IMG/VR virus record: IMGVR_UViG_3300009183_004565
Length of the DNA stretch: 64,000 bases
Direction: 5' to 3' (one strand)
Source of the DNA: a virus
Lineage: Duplodnaviria; Caudoviricetes
Every line of letters starts with the position of its first letter. Position 1 is the first letter of the stretch. A program made the position numbers and the translations under genes. This document shows positions 55,511 through 64,000 of the stretch, piece by piece. The notes under the pieces are model-generated. The model was not told the origin of the DNA and searched no databases. It saw only the letters and a program-made list of their open reading frames with translations.

Positions 55511-56512
55511 ATGCGCTTACACGAAATTTCACAAAAGACCAAATATCGCCCAGAAGTATTCCTGGACATGGACGGTGTTCTAGCCGATTTCTTCTCAGAA
55601 TATGCTGTACTAGCCGGATTACCCCCAGGCAGTAGCTATAGGGAAATCCCCCCAGCTAAAAGTGATCCTACCTTGAACAAAATGATAGGCACTGACTTCT
55701 TTTACAGATTGCCTAAGTTTAGTACAGCGGACGCACTAGTGGCAATGGTAGTAAAGTTCTTTGGTGGATACAACATCTGCTCAAGTCCGTTACGTGGAGA
55801 CCATGAAAATTCAGGCGTACAAAAAACACGTTGGATTCAACAACATCTAAATCCACAACCCCAACACATTTACATAGAATCACGTAAAGAACGATATGCA
55901 TTACAGCCCGACGGTACACCCAATATCCTAATTGATGATCGTAAAGACAACATCATTAGATGGGAAGCGGCTGGCGGTGTGGGTATCAAGTATCAAGCAG
56001 ATGAAGATGGGCTAGATGTAATTGCTCGAGGTTTACGTCGTGCATTGGAAATATATAAAGGGCGGCGTGAGCAGGATCAGTTGCCGTTAACACCAAGTTT
56101 GGATCGTGGGGCTCCGGTAGCAACGGCCCAAGATCAACAGGTTAAAGAAAGTACTGCAAGCGATCATGAAGAACGAATTCGTCATTTTATGCAGTGGTGC
56201 AAGCATAAGTTAAAACTAGAACAAGAATTACCCGACATAGAATTCAGTGACGAAAAAGACAGTGAAGGCATGCACCATACCGGTTACTATAATGATCAAG
56301 AAGATAAACTATGGGTCTATACCGGTAATCGTAATCTAATAGATATACTACGCACAGTGGCACATGAATTTACCCATCGTAAACAAGATGAACAAGGTAG
56401 AATTGATCCCGATCAATCTTATCCCGGCAGTCCAATTGAACAAGAAGCAGATGCAGTGGCCGGATACCTAATGAAACTTTACGGTAAAGAATATCCGGAG
56501 ATTATAGAATGA
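55511..56512 (+). CDS. Fusion: HAD 5'(3')-nucleotidase plus zincin-like metallopeptidase
   Basis: FLDMDGVLADF and LIDDR (HAD); after the VKE linker, AHEFTH...EQEADA (HExxH); TAAATA 4 nt before ATG. Confidence 0.8.
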   Translation: MRLHEISQKTKYRPEVFLDMDGVLADFFSEYAVLAGLPPGSSYREIPPAKSDPTLNKMIGTDFFYRLPKFSTADALVAMVVKFFGGYNICSSPLRGDHENSGVQKTRWIQQHLNPQPQHIYIESRKERYALQPDGTPNILIDDRKDNIIRWEAAGGVGIKYQADEDGLDVIARGLRRALEIYKGRREQDQLPLTPSLDRGAPVATAQDQQVKESTASDHEERIRHFMQWCKHKLKLEQELPDIEFSDEKDSEGMHHTGYYNDQEDKLWVYTGNRNLIDILRTVAHEFTHRKQDEQGRIDPDQSYPGSPIEQEADAVAGYLMKLYGKEYPEIIE

Positions 56513-57207
56513 GGTCGGATGATTTTGTAGCAGGTAATGTAGATTATCACGAAGAACTAAGCCCAGCTGCCTGGGACGGCGACGAGCTACGTACCGACGT
56601 TCGTGTTCACTTGCTACGTGCCGCAAAGTTTTTTACTGCTTATCTTGAGATTCCAGGATTTCGAGTGTATGATGTTGTACTAACAGGCAGCATGGCCAAT
56701 TACAACTACACAAAATTTAGTGACTTTGATCTACATGTGGTCACACGTTACGCAGACCTAGAGTGTGATGATCTTGCTGAAGCATTTTATCGTGCTAAAA
56801 AATCTATATGGAATGATGCACATGACATTACTATTCGTGGTCATGAAGTAGAACTGTATGTTGAGGATGTTGACAATCCTCCAGTCAGTTCGGGCATGTA
56901 CAGTTTGTTGTCTGGCACATGGATCAAGGAGCCCGAATACTCCGCGCCTACAGTGGACAATACTGCCATCAATGCCAAGGTACGTGATCTAATTAAACAA
57001 ATTGATGTTGCTATAGCACAGGCCGATGACCCCGAAGACATCAAACGTATCACAGACAAACTGAGAAAGATGCGTCGATCAGGCCTAGATACTGCTGGCG
57101 AGTTTGGCGTAGAGAATTTAACATTCAAGATACTACGTAACCTAGGTTATCTAGATGCATTAAATACAGCATTCCATAATGAACAAGATCAGGATTTAAG
57201 TTTATGA
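56509..57207 (+). CDS. Pol-beta-superfamily nucleotidyltransferase
   Basis: LTGSMANY..SDFDLH and ELYVED triad. Confidence 0.75.
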   Translation: MRSDDFVAGNVDYHEELSPAAWDGDELRTDVRVHLLRAAKFFTAYLEIPGFRVYDVVLTGSMANYNYTKFSDFDLHVVTRYADLECDDLAEAFYRAKKSIWNDAHDITIRGHEVELYVEDVDNPPVSSGMYSLLSGTWIKEPEYSAPTVDNTAINAKVRDLIKQIDVAIAQADDPEDIKRITDKLRKMRRSGLDTAGEFGVENLTFKILRNLGYLDALNTAFHNEQDQDLSL

Positions 57208-60086
57208 GATATAAAGAATTCAATTTAACTGAAGATGAGTTGTTTGAGCTCAAAATGAGTCCAAGCAATCTTAAGAAGATGGCCGCAGAAACCGGTGCAG
57301 TGGCCGGCATAGAATTTGAAATGTATGTGCCCGGTGCTGCCGAAGCCGACGAAGACGATTACGAAGTTGAACCAGACTATGAAATGGACGAAAGTTTTCC
57401 AACTGGTCGTGGTTGGCGTCAGGAGGTGATAGATTTCTTTAGAGGTGGCGATTATGGCAGTACTCGCAGCACAATCCAACGTGCCCTTGATAACCTAGAT
57501 GAAGATTACTGGTCATGGAAGGATGAAAACTTTGAGGAATGGTTCAATGACAATGACTCATTGCTAGACAACTATCTCAGAGAAGAACTTCCACAGGACC
57601 CAGATGAAAGTGACGACGAATACACAGAACGATTGGGCAGCGACGATGAAGAAGTCCAACAGGCACGAGAGCGGGCCATGGAGCGAATGCGTGAGGAACA
57701 CCAAAGCGAAGATCAATGGGAAGATTTCTTACGAGATCAAGATATTGGATCCATGTTGGACTTCGGTAACCGAGAGAGTCTTGATTGGCCCTATGTCAAC
57801 TATCCCGAAAGCAGTGGTGGCAGCGTAGATATCAGTGATGTTGCTAGCGATTTTCAATCAGCAATTGGTCGCAGAGTCAAATCAGGTAGTTACCACAGTG
57901 GTGCTGGCAGTCAAACCGATAACTATCGGGTAGAACCAGATGGCAGTCTCACTGATCCCAACGATTCATATGATGGTGGCCTTGAATTTATCAGTCCTCC
58001 ACTGCCATTGGCTGAAATGTTATCAGACTTGGAAAAGGTAGTCAAATGGGCCGCTCGCAACGACTGTTATACCAATGACAGTACCGGACTGCACATGAAT
58101 GTCAGTGTACCTGGCTTTGAACTCAACAAACTTGATTATGTCAAACTGGCTATATTCTTGGGCGACGAATATGTATTAGATCAATTTGGTCGTGCCGGTA
58201 ACACCTACTGTGCCAGCGCCATGGAAAAGATTAAAAGTATTGCCAGGACTCAGCCAGATAAAGTCAAGACTATGCTGCAACAGATGCAGGGTAATCTAAG
58301 TGCTATGGCATCCAAGATTGTACACACTGGCACTACAAGCAAATATACCAGTATTAACACCAAAGATGGCTACATTGAGTTTCGTAGTCCAGGAGGTGAC
58401 TGGCTGGGAGAATATGCTGCTGATCCTGGTAAGATTACCAATACTCTACTACGTTTCACAGTGGCGCTTGATGTTGCCATGAAGCCAGAAGCATTTAGAC
58501 AAGAGTACATGAAGAAGTTGTACAAGACTTTATCACTGGGCGAAAGTGATGACACTATTCAATTCTTTGCACGTTATGCTGCCGGCGCCTTACCACAGTC
58601 GGCCCTGAAGAGTTTTGTCAAGCAAGCACAAATACAGCGTAAAGCTAAAAAACTACTGCCTGGCGCAATCAAAGGACAACAATTAATTCAGTGGCAGGCC
58701 ACTTCAGGTGCAGCTACCGCTACTGTTGTGGCACGTACCGAAGAGGAAGCAAGAAAGAAAGCTGCCTTCAATATTGGTATTCCGTTCACTGACAGTGCTA
58801 TAGACCGAATGGACATACAGCCCTTGGATCTTTATACCGGGCCAGTTAACAAATACAGAATCATTAGAGACTCTAACGGAGCCGAACTAGACACCATCGA
58901 AGGTGTTGACGAACGCGATGCTATCACAAACTTCCGAGTAACTAAACCCCATTGGACCACTGATATAACTGCTCGATTGGTAACACCAAATCAATCTCCT
59001 CCAGATTATCCGGCAGCGACCAGTAACACACCGGGTTCGTGGACCATCATGAATCAATCGACTCGTAGAATGTTACAAGGCGTTGGTGGCACATTCATTT
59101 ATGCCTCCCAAGCAGCAGCAGAGATAGCCATGGGTAACAACATACGTCGTGCAGATATCCGTATCATAAACACCGACAATGGTCAGGTCTATGACATTGA
59201 CGGACGTCCTACTAGATACAATACCGGCACAGAATCAAACACTTCAAGTCGTGATCAAGAGTTTACTGGCACTTGGGAAGTTGTAAGTAGACCCACTGAT
59301 GAAGTTGTATATACCATAAGTGGTATAGGTAATGCGGTTTCTGATGCAGAAAGATATGCAAATAGATGGGTTGATCAAACAGGATTTAGTGATCCTGTTT
59401 ATGTGCGTCCACAAATGCAGCCAAGATCCACGGGTGGCGGCGGATTTGACCGAGCACCACATACCAGCATATATCAATTGGTTGATAATAGAGATGGTAG
59501 AATATTACTAGGTGGCGAAACACGAACTTTTGCCTACACTGTTGAAATGGCTGGTCTTGCGATTCGTAGTTATGGTGTTCCTTCCGGCGATATTAGAATT
59601 ATTGATATGGCTACCAATCGTTCTTATAACATAGATGGTTCACCTGCTAATACATCTGCACCAGCAGCACAAACAGAACAACTTTACAATGTTAGATGGA
59701 CAGATGAAAATGGCGAACACGATGTAAATCGTAGAGCTCCTAATGCCAATGCTGCCATGGAGGATGTGCGTAACAGTTTAGAAAGCGGCAGATTTAGAGT
59801 AATTTCTATAGAAGCCAACCCTATAGGATCAAACACCGGTGATTCTACTCCTATTCCTGGTTCTACCATGGACCGAGTTCAACAACGAGCACAAGGATCG
59901 GAAAGTTTACCACCAGGTAATGCACGTTGGTTGATACTGGATCGCAATAACCAAGAAGTATATTCGTTTATTAATACCACAACACAAAGCGATGCCAATC
60001 AGTATGCAAGGAATTGGCTGCTTAATACTGCATCGGCTGAAGTTAGAGACCGCGGCCCATTTGATATATTACCGGTGTCAAGATGA
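57204..60086 (+). CDS. Putative amidoligase (COOH-NH2 ligase type 2) with acidic N-terminus and repeated C-terminal modules
   Basis: GIEFE, EPDGS, GLEFISPPL, STGLHMNVS, KYTSIN, YIEFRSPG; about 7 degenerate beta-beta-alpha repeats after residue ~490. Confidence 0.7.
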   Translation: MRYKEFNLTEDELFELKMSPSNLKKMAAETGAVAGIEFEMYVPGAAEADEDDYEVEPDYEMDESFPTGRGWRQEVIDFFRGGDYGSTRSTIQRALDNLDEDYWSWKDENFEEWFNDNDSLLDNYLREELPQDPDESDDEYTERLGSDDEEVQQARERAMERMREEHQSEDQWEDFLRDQDIGSMLDFGNRESLDWPYVNYPESSGGSVDISDVASDFQSAIGRRVKSGSYHSGAGSQTDNYRVEPDGSLTDPNDSYDGGLEFISPPLPLAEMLSDLEKVVKWAARNDCYTNDSTGLHMNVSVPGFELNKLDYVKLAIFLGDEYVLDQFGRAGNTYCASAMEKIKSIARTQPDKVKTMLQQMQGNLSAMASKIVHTGTTSKYTSINTKDGYIEFRSPGGDWLGEYAADPGKITNTLLRFTVALDVAMKPEAFRQEYMKKLYKTLSLGESDDTIQFFARYAAGALPQSALKSFVKQAQIQRKAKKLLPGAIKGQQLIQWQATSGAATATVVARTEEEARKKAAFNIGIPFTDSAIDRMDIQPLDLYTGPVNKYRIIRDSNGAELDTIEGVDERDAITNFRVTKPHWTTDITARLVTPNQSPPDYPAATSNTPGSWTIMNQSTRRMLQGVGGTFIYASQAAAEIAMGNNIRRADIRIINTDNGQVYDIDGRPTRYNTGTESNTSSRDQEFTGTWEVVSRPTDEVVYTISGIGNAVSDAERYANRWVDQTGFSDPVYVRPQMQPRSTGGGGFDRAPHTSIYQLVDNRDGRILLGGETRTFAYTVEMAGLAIRSYGVPSGDIRIIDMATNRSYNIDGSPANTSAPAAQTEQLYNVRWTDENGEHDVNRRAPNANAAMEDVRNSLESGRFRVISIEANPIGSNTGDSTPIPGSTMDRVQQRAQGSESLPPGNARWLILDRNNQEVYSFINTTTQSDANQYARNWLLNTASAEVRDRGPFDILPVSR

Positions 60087-60994
60087 GAGCTAGCGAATTC
60101 GTAACAGAAGCACCACGTGACGTATTCCACTTCGTTGGGCATAGTCCTGCTGTTCCTCGCCCCACTGGAAATTATTACAAATGGCGTGTGAGTCTCAGCA
60201 ATGGTCAATACTATCATGTTAGAGCCGGTGCACACACTGACTTATCAAAATTCCAACAATACTTCACACGTAAATGGGGCGCAGAAATGCCCGATGTTGA
60301 AGCAGTGAAAGCCGAACGTTTAGAAAGACTCAGCGAACAAGATGTAGATGAAATGGCTGGCGAAATACACGGCGGGGTCAGGAAAGCCTTGATGGACAAA
60401 GGCTACAAATATCTAGGCAGCGGTATTGACAAGCAAGCATACCTAGAGCCAGGTACCGGACAGGTGTTGATCATATTTGGCTATCGCAAAGGTCAAAAAG
60501 ATTTCAGTCCTGATCAACGTATGTTTATAAACTGGATAAACTACTGTAATAAGAATCAGTCTAACCCACATTTACCCAAGTTCTCAGGATTTGAAAGTTT
60601 CAAATTCCAAGGCAAAAACTATATTCAAGCAAGAATGGAACCACTGCAAGAGTTACCTGATGAAATAGGATATCTAGTTGGACATGCTGATGAAGTTATA
60701 AAGAAACGCAAAACAGATTACAAAAAAGAACTCAAAACAATGTCACAGTATGCTATGCATACGTTTAATGACGAAGGCGGCGGTACATGGTATGAGTTAA
60801 AAGACGTCGTAAAGCATTTGGGTGGTAAAAAGGCAGCAGCGAATTTACTAAACACAGTGTATGATGTCAAACGTTTTGGACGTAAGCAAGGATACTCAAT
60901 TGATTTACACAAAGGAAATTATATGCAACGTGCCAACGGTACTATTGTGGTAAATGATCCTTTTGTATTATGGTTGAGGGGGATGCTAGATTGA
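60083..60994 (+). CDS. Protein-kinase-like domain protein with N-terminal extra module
   Basis: YLGSG Gly loop, HLPKF, RMEPL, DLHKGN catalytic loop, VNDP. Confidence 0.7.
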   Translation: MRASEFVTEAPRDVFHFVGHSPAVPRPTGNYYKWRVSLSNGQYYHVRAGAHTDLSKFQQYFTRKWGAEMPDVEAVKAERLERLSEQDVDEMAGEIHGGVRKALMDKGYKYLGSGIDKQAYLEPGTGQVLIIFGYRKGQKDFSPDQRMFINWINYCNKNQSNPHLPKFSGFESFKFQGKNYIQARMEPLQELPDEIGYLVGHADEVIKKRKTDYKKELKTMSQYAMHTFNDEGGGTWYELKDVVKHLGGKKAAANLLNTVYDVKRFGRKQGYSIDLHKGNYMQRANGTIVVNDPFVLWLRGMLD

Positions 60995-61641
60995 GAGCTA
61001 CTGAATTCATAGCAGAAGGTAAAAATACTCCAGTCATAGTAGTAGATGTTCAACCTGCCTATGTACCGTATGGGCCACAAGTATGTGAACGCATAGTGCA
61101 ATTTGTAAATAATCAAACAGGTCCCGTATTAATGTTTGTCAATGCTGAACGAGATGGAATGACCAATGATACCATTGATGATGTATTGTCTTATTGGGAA
61201 GAAACAGCAGCAGAGAATGATCCTGATTGGTATGACGATAATCCATTTGCACCAAGAAGTCCTGTAAATTGGAATCGTTTTCATATAGTAGACAAAGGGT
61301 ATGGTTGGTTTAGAACTTGGATGGATCAAGGAGTGCAACCAAAATTCATAATACAGTTGATTCGTTACATGTATCAGCGTAGAATAACCGACATTCGTGA
61401 TGACATTGATGGTGTTTATGAATATATGACACACAATCCCACAGGAGGCCAAATTGTTGATTGGCAGGATTGGATGGAAGATGAATCCTTTACAATCAAT
61501 TGGACCAGTGTAGCACAACTAAAAAGATTTAATGGATCTTATATAGTAGGCGGTGGTAGAGATGAATGCTTGCGTGAAGTCGAATTACTCATGAATGCAT
61601 TCAATATAAAATATAGAAGAGTGGATAGTTTGATTTACTGA
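60991..61641 (+). CDS. Isochorismatase/cysteine-hydrolase-like protein
   Basis: VIVVDVQP and IVGGGRDECLRE; TTG start (TTGA overlap, gagggg SD) gives MRATEFIAE. Confidence 0.55.
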   Translation: MRATEFIAEGKNTPVIVVDVQPAYVPYGPQVCERIVQFVNNQTGPVLMFVNAERDGMTNDTIDDVLSYWEETAAENDPDWYDDNPFAPRSPVNWNRFHIVDKGYGWFRTWMDQGVQPKFIIQLIRYMYQRRITDIRDDIDGVYEYMTHNPTGGQIVDWQDWMEDESFTINWTSVAQLKRFNGSYIVGGGRDECLREVELLMNAFNIKYRRVDSLIY

Positions 61642-62258
61642 TGAGAGCTAAAGAATTTATCACTGAAATAGATCGTAGAGGATTCCTAGGAGCACTAGGA
61701 GCTGGTGCTATGGCTGCTGCTGGAGTTCCTGCCGAAGCAAAATCCAAGAAACCAGAGCCAATGGCATTTTTAAGTGCCCACATGGAAGCAGAAGAAATGT
61801 TACACAAGACTGCTCTAAATTCCGGAATGCGTGGTACAGAACTGGCACAATTTTTAGCACAATGTTACCACGAATCTGCCGGCTTTGCTCGTATGCACGA
61901 ATATGCTAGCGGTGCAGAATACGAAGGACGTCGTGATCTTGGTAATGTAAACCGGGGCGACGGGGTGAGATACAAAGGACGTGGCTTTATACAGATCACC
62001 GGTAGAGATAACTATCGTCGTGCTGGACAAGCCCTGGGCTTGCCACTAGAAGAACGACCTGGATTAGCCAGTAGACCTGATGTTGCTGCACGGATTGCTG
62101 TATGGTATTGGGCAAGTCGTGTTAGACCCAATGTTGCTAACTTTAATGATACTCGTGCAGTTACACAACGTATCAATCCCAAACTAAATGGGCTAGCTGA
62201 TAGACACGAAAACTTTAAAGATTATAAAAATATGTTTGTTGCAACAAGGACAAGATAA
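61641..62258 (+). CDS. GH19 lysozyme/chitinase with twin-arginine signal
   Basis: FLAQCYHES, YEGRRDLGN..GDG.RYKGRGFIQITGRDNY, INPKLNGL; N-terminal DRRGFLG + hydrophobic + AEA. Confidence 0.88.
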   Translation: MRAKEFITEIDRRGFLGALGAGAMAAAGVPAEAKSKKPEPMAFLSAHMEAEEMLHKTALNSGMRGTELAQFLAQCYHESAGFARMHEYASGAEYEGRRDLGNVNRGDGVRYKGRGFIQITGRDNYRRAGQALGLPLEERPGLASRPDVAARIAVWYWASRVRPNVANFNDTRAVTQRINPKLNGLADRHENFKDYKNMFVATRTR

Positions 62259-63499
62259 TGAGAGCAAAAGATTTTGCACTAGAAGCAAAGCCGCTAGCAC
62301 CACTAGAAATACCAACACCAGCACAGTCCACAGTTGAAAAATCTGTCAAAATGGCCAATCATATTGACAAAGTGCTTGACCAATACGAAATTAAAAAATC
62401 AATTATTCAACAAGAAATAGACCGATTAAAAGATCAAATTGAATCACTAAAGTACGGCCCACCCGAAGGATCAACTGTAACACAGAAAGGTCGGGGATGG
62501 GTCGGTAGAGATAGAGAAGGACACCCAATTGGCGGCGGTCCCGTGGACGAAGCATTTGACCAACCTTATGACATGAGCTGGGAAAAAGGTGAAGCTGGCG
62601 AAGATTACGATGCACTGGTTCGACTACCCGATGGGTCTAATCTTTCCATAATGTTTAACGAAGAAGGTCCTGGTCAGTACATGGTTGAGTTCTGGAGAGG
62701 CGCTGAACAATCAGTTACTGGCGAAGGCGACGCACAAAGAATATTTGCCACTGTGTTAGCAGCAATAGCCAAATTTATACAACAACATCAACCACAATCA
62801 ATCGTCTTTTCTGCACACAAAGAAGATGATCCGGAACAAAAATCAGACAGCCGCAGTAAATTGTACAATAGATTAGTGCAGCGGTATGCCGGTACTATAG
62901 GTTATAGTTATCGAAGTTGGGATACTGGAGACAGTGTACAATATGAACTGACTAGATTAAAGCCGGGTGTAGCGGAAAGCAGAGAAAACTTCAATGGTAT
63001 AGATATCTCTCTTGAAATACAGAAAGATGATGAATATGTCGATGATGAAGATTATGATAACCAGGTAATATATGTTACTGCTAGTAGCAACGGTAGAGAA
63101 TTGGGTCATGTGTTATTTGCGTTTGATGGTGAATATTTAATGCCGCAGGATTTAGAAGTTGAAGAACGCTTTCGTGGTCAAGGTATTGCTCAAACAATGT
63201 ACGATTATGTAAAGAGTAAAGGATATAAAATTCGCCGTAGTGGACAACAAACTGATGCCGGCGCTGGATTTTGGGACAAACACAAAGGTCAAGGACAACA
63301 TGTCTGGGAGCAAGGTGTAGTGGAAAATTTCGCTGATGGCAAGGTCAAAGGTAAAAGCCGTCCAGGTCGGGTCAAACGTGCAGGTGCCAGTTGCAACGGA
63401 TCAGTCACTGACCTACGTCAACGTGCAAAAAATGCATCAGGTGAACGAGCCAAAATGTATCACTGGTGCGCTAACATGAAAAGCGGTCGTAAGAAATAA
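62258..63499 (+). CDS. Multi-module protein including a GNAT acetyltransferase domain
   Basis: LEVEERFRGQGIA acetyl-CoA motif and AGAGFW; modules separated by PVDE, GVAE, GVVE. Confidence 0.65.
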   Translation: MRAKDFALEAKPLAPLEIPTPAQSTVEKSVKMANHIDKVLDQYEIKKSIIQQEIDRLKDQIESLKYGPPEGSTVTQKGRGWVGRDREGHPIGGGPVDEAFDQPYDMSWEKGEAGEDYDALVRLPDGSNLSIMFNEEGPGQYMVEFWRGAEQSVTGEGDAQRIFATVLAAIAKFIQQHQPQSIVFSAHKEDDPEQKSDSRSKLYNRLVQRYAGTIGYSYRSWDTGDSVQYELTRLKPGVAESRENFNGIDISLEIQKDDEYVDDEDYDNQVIYVTASSNGRELGHVLFAFDGEYLMPQDLEVEERFRGQGIAQTMYDYVKSKGYKIRRSGQQTDAGAGFWDKHKGQGQHVWEQGVVENFADGKVKGKSRPGRVKRAGASCNGSVTDLRQRAKNASGERAKMYHWCANMKSGRKK

Positions 63500-64000
63500 A
63501 TGAACCAATGCATTGATCATAATATGCATGATATAATTTCCCAATTGGACTTTGATCCTAAGAATCCTTTTGATCTAGATACTGATATTGTTCCCGAACG
63601 TTTTGTTCAAGGATTTTATAGTACATATTTGCTGAGTTGTTATACTGGTGATTACAATGCTACAATAGTTTACCCAGCAATCCTAAATAATTTAAAAACT
63701 AAACAATATGAACAATATATAGGATCATTTAATCAACAAGAAAGAGAACAGCTTTATCAATACTTTGATAAAATGATACAGGATGAAACAGAACACACTG
63801 ATCAGTTTTTAATTATGCTTAATAAAATAAATCCTCAAGACATTGACCTAAACTGTTTAAAACAAAACGCTCAATGGATGATAGAAAATACCAATCTAAT
63901 AAAGTTATTAGCAAGAATTTATGTTGCAGAATGTTACGTTTGGGTATCTTTTTTTCAAATATATAAAACTAGTACTAGTGATGATAAAAAACGTATTTTT
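63500..64000 (+). CDS. Ferritin-like (diiron) protein, 3' truncated (not in ORF track)
   Basis: Frame open from ATG 63500 to the window end; IQDETEH (D/E-E-x-x-H) and YVAE helices. Confidence 0.45.
   Translation, partial: MNQCIDHNMHDIISQLDFDPKNPFDLDTDIVPERFVQGFYSTYLLSCYTGDYNATIVYPAILNNLKTKQYEQYIGSFNQQEREQLYQYFDKMIQDETEHTDQFLIMLNKINPQDIDLNCLKQNAQWMIENTNLIKLLARIYVAECYVWVSFFQIYKTSTSDDKKRIF

Noticed and set aside
5135-60990. ORF-track upstream starts (5135, 8068, 10654, 13794, 20671, 30505, 30827, 31670, 34770, 38845, 43767, 45214, 46001, 48700, 52646, 53387, 53814, 60970)
   Set aside because: These run into neighbouring genes, promoters or terminators; downstream starts with SD, coupling or promoter support were used instead.
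1-64000. Bacterial chromosome or integrated prophage, suggested by dnaK, iscU/A, nrdAB, rpsU, ugd
   Set aside because: These genes are interleaved with tail, PAAR and T4-like replication genes and late promoters; they lack their usual operon partners (iscS/hscAB, dnaJ/grpE); no integrase or att-like site was seen.
1-64000. tRNA, rRNA or CRISPR array
   Set aside because: Intergenic gaps are short (mostly under ~140 nt); no cloverleaf with T-loop/CCA and no repeat-spacer periodicity found by eye. A tRNAscan run would be the formal test.
1-64000. Stop-codon reassignment
   Set aside because: Recognisable proteins are full length under the standard code, and TAA, TGA and TAG all terminate coupled genes.

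Overview
The window is a segment of a large lytic, T4-like tailed bacteriophage genome, not a bacterial chromosome. About 98 tightly packed ORFs lie almost all on the + strand (three convincing minus-strand genes), with many ATGA/TAATG overlaps. Phage hallmarks include a tail-fibre gene, T4-like primase and helicase, class Ia ribonucleotide reductase, a PAAR protein and many TAAATA late-promoter motifs. Host-like genes include a fatty-acid desaturase, iscU/iscA, rpsU (bS21), dnaK, hsp20, clpS, ugd, uvsE, a phasin-like and an entericidin-like gene; these suggest a proteobacterial, probably betaproteobacterial, host (inference). The strongest unexplained signals are: (1) a late operon at 55.5-63.5 kb of diverse enzymes sharing a T4 internal-protein-like capsid-targeting leader (MRxxEFxxE), with internal V-x-E linkers between domains, and one member carrying a twin-arginine signal directly behind the leader; (2) a shared two-hairpin, ROSE-like thermometer leader on both dnaK and hsp20; (3) an array of 8 small paralogues ending in an F-x-x-E...F-x-L-[KR]-W motif; (4) a 25-aa proline-rich micro-ORF that is also a G-quadruplex-like tract; (5) apparently leaderless early and late mRNAs alongside phage bS21 and an ArfA-like ORF; (6) two amidinotransferase plus 2OG-Fe(II) oxygenase cassettes and three radical-SAM genes beside iscU/iscA; (7) a phasin-like gene with a PhaR-box-like operator. 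No tRNA, CRISPR array, integrase, intron or intein was seen. All family assignments come from motif recognition by eye; no database searches were run.
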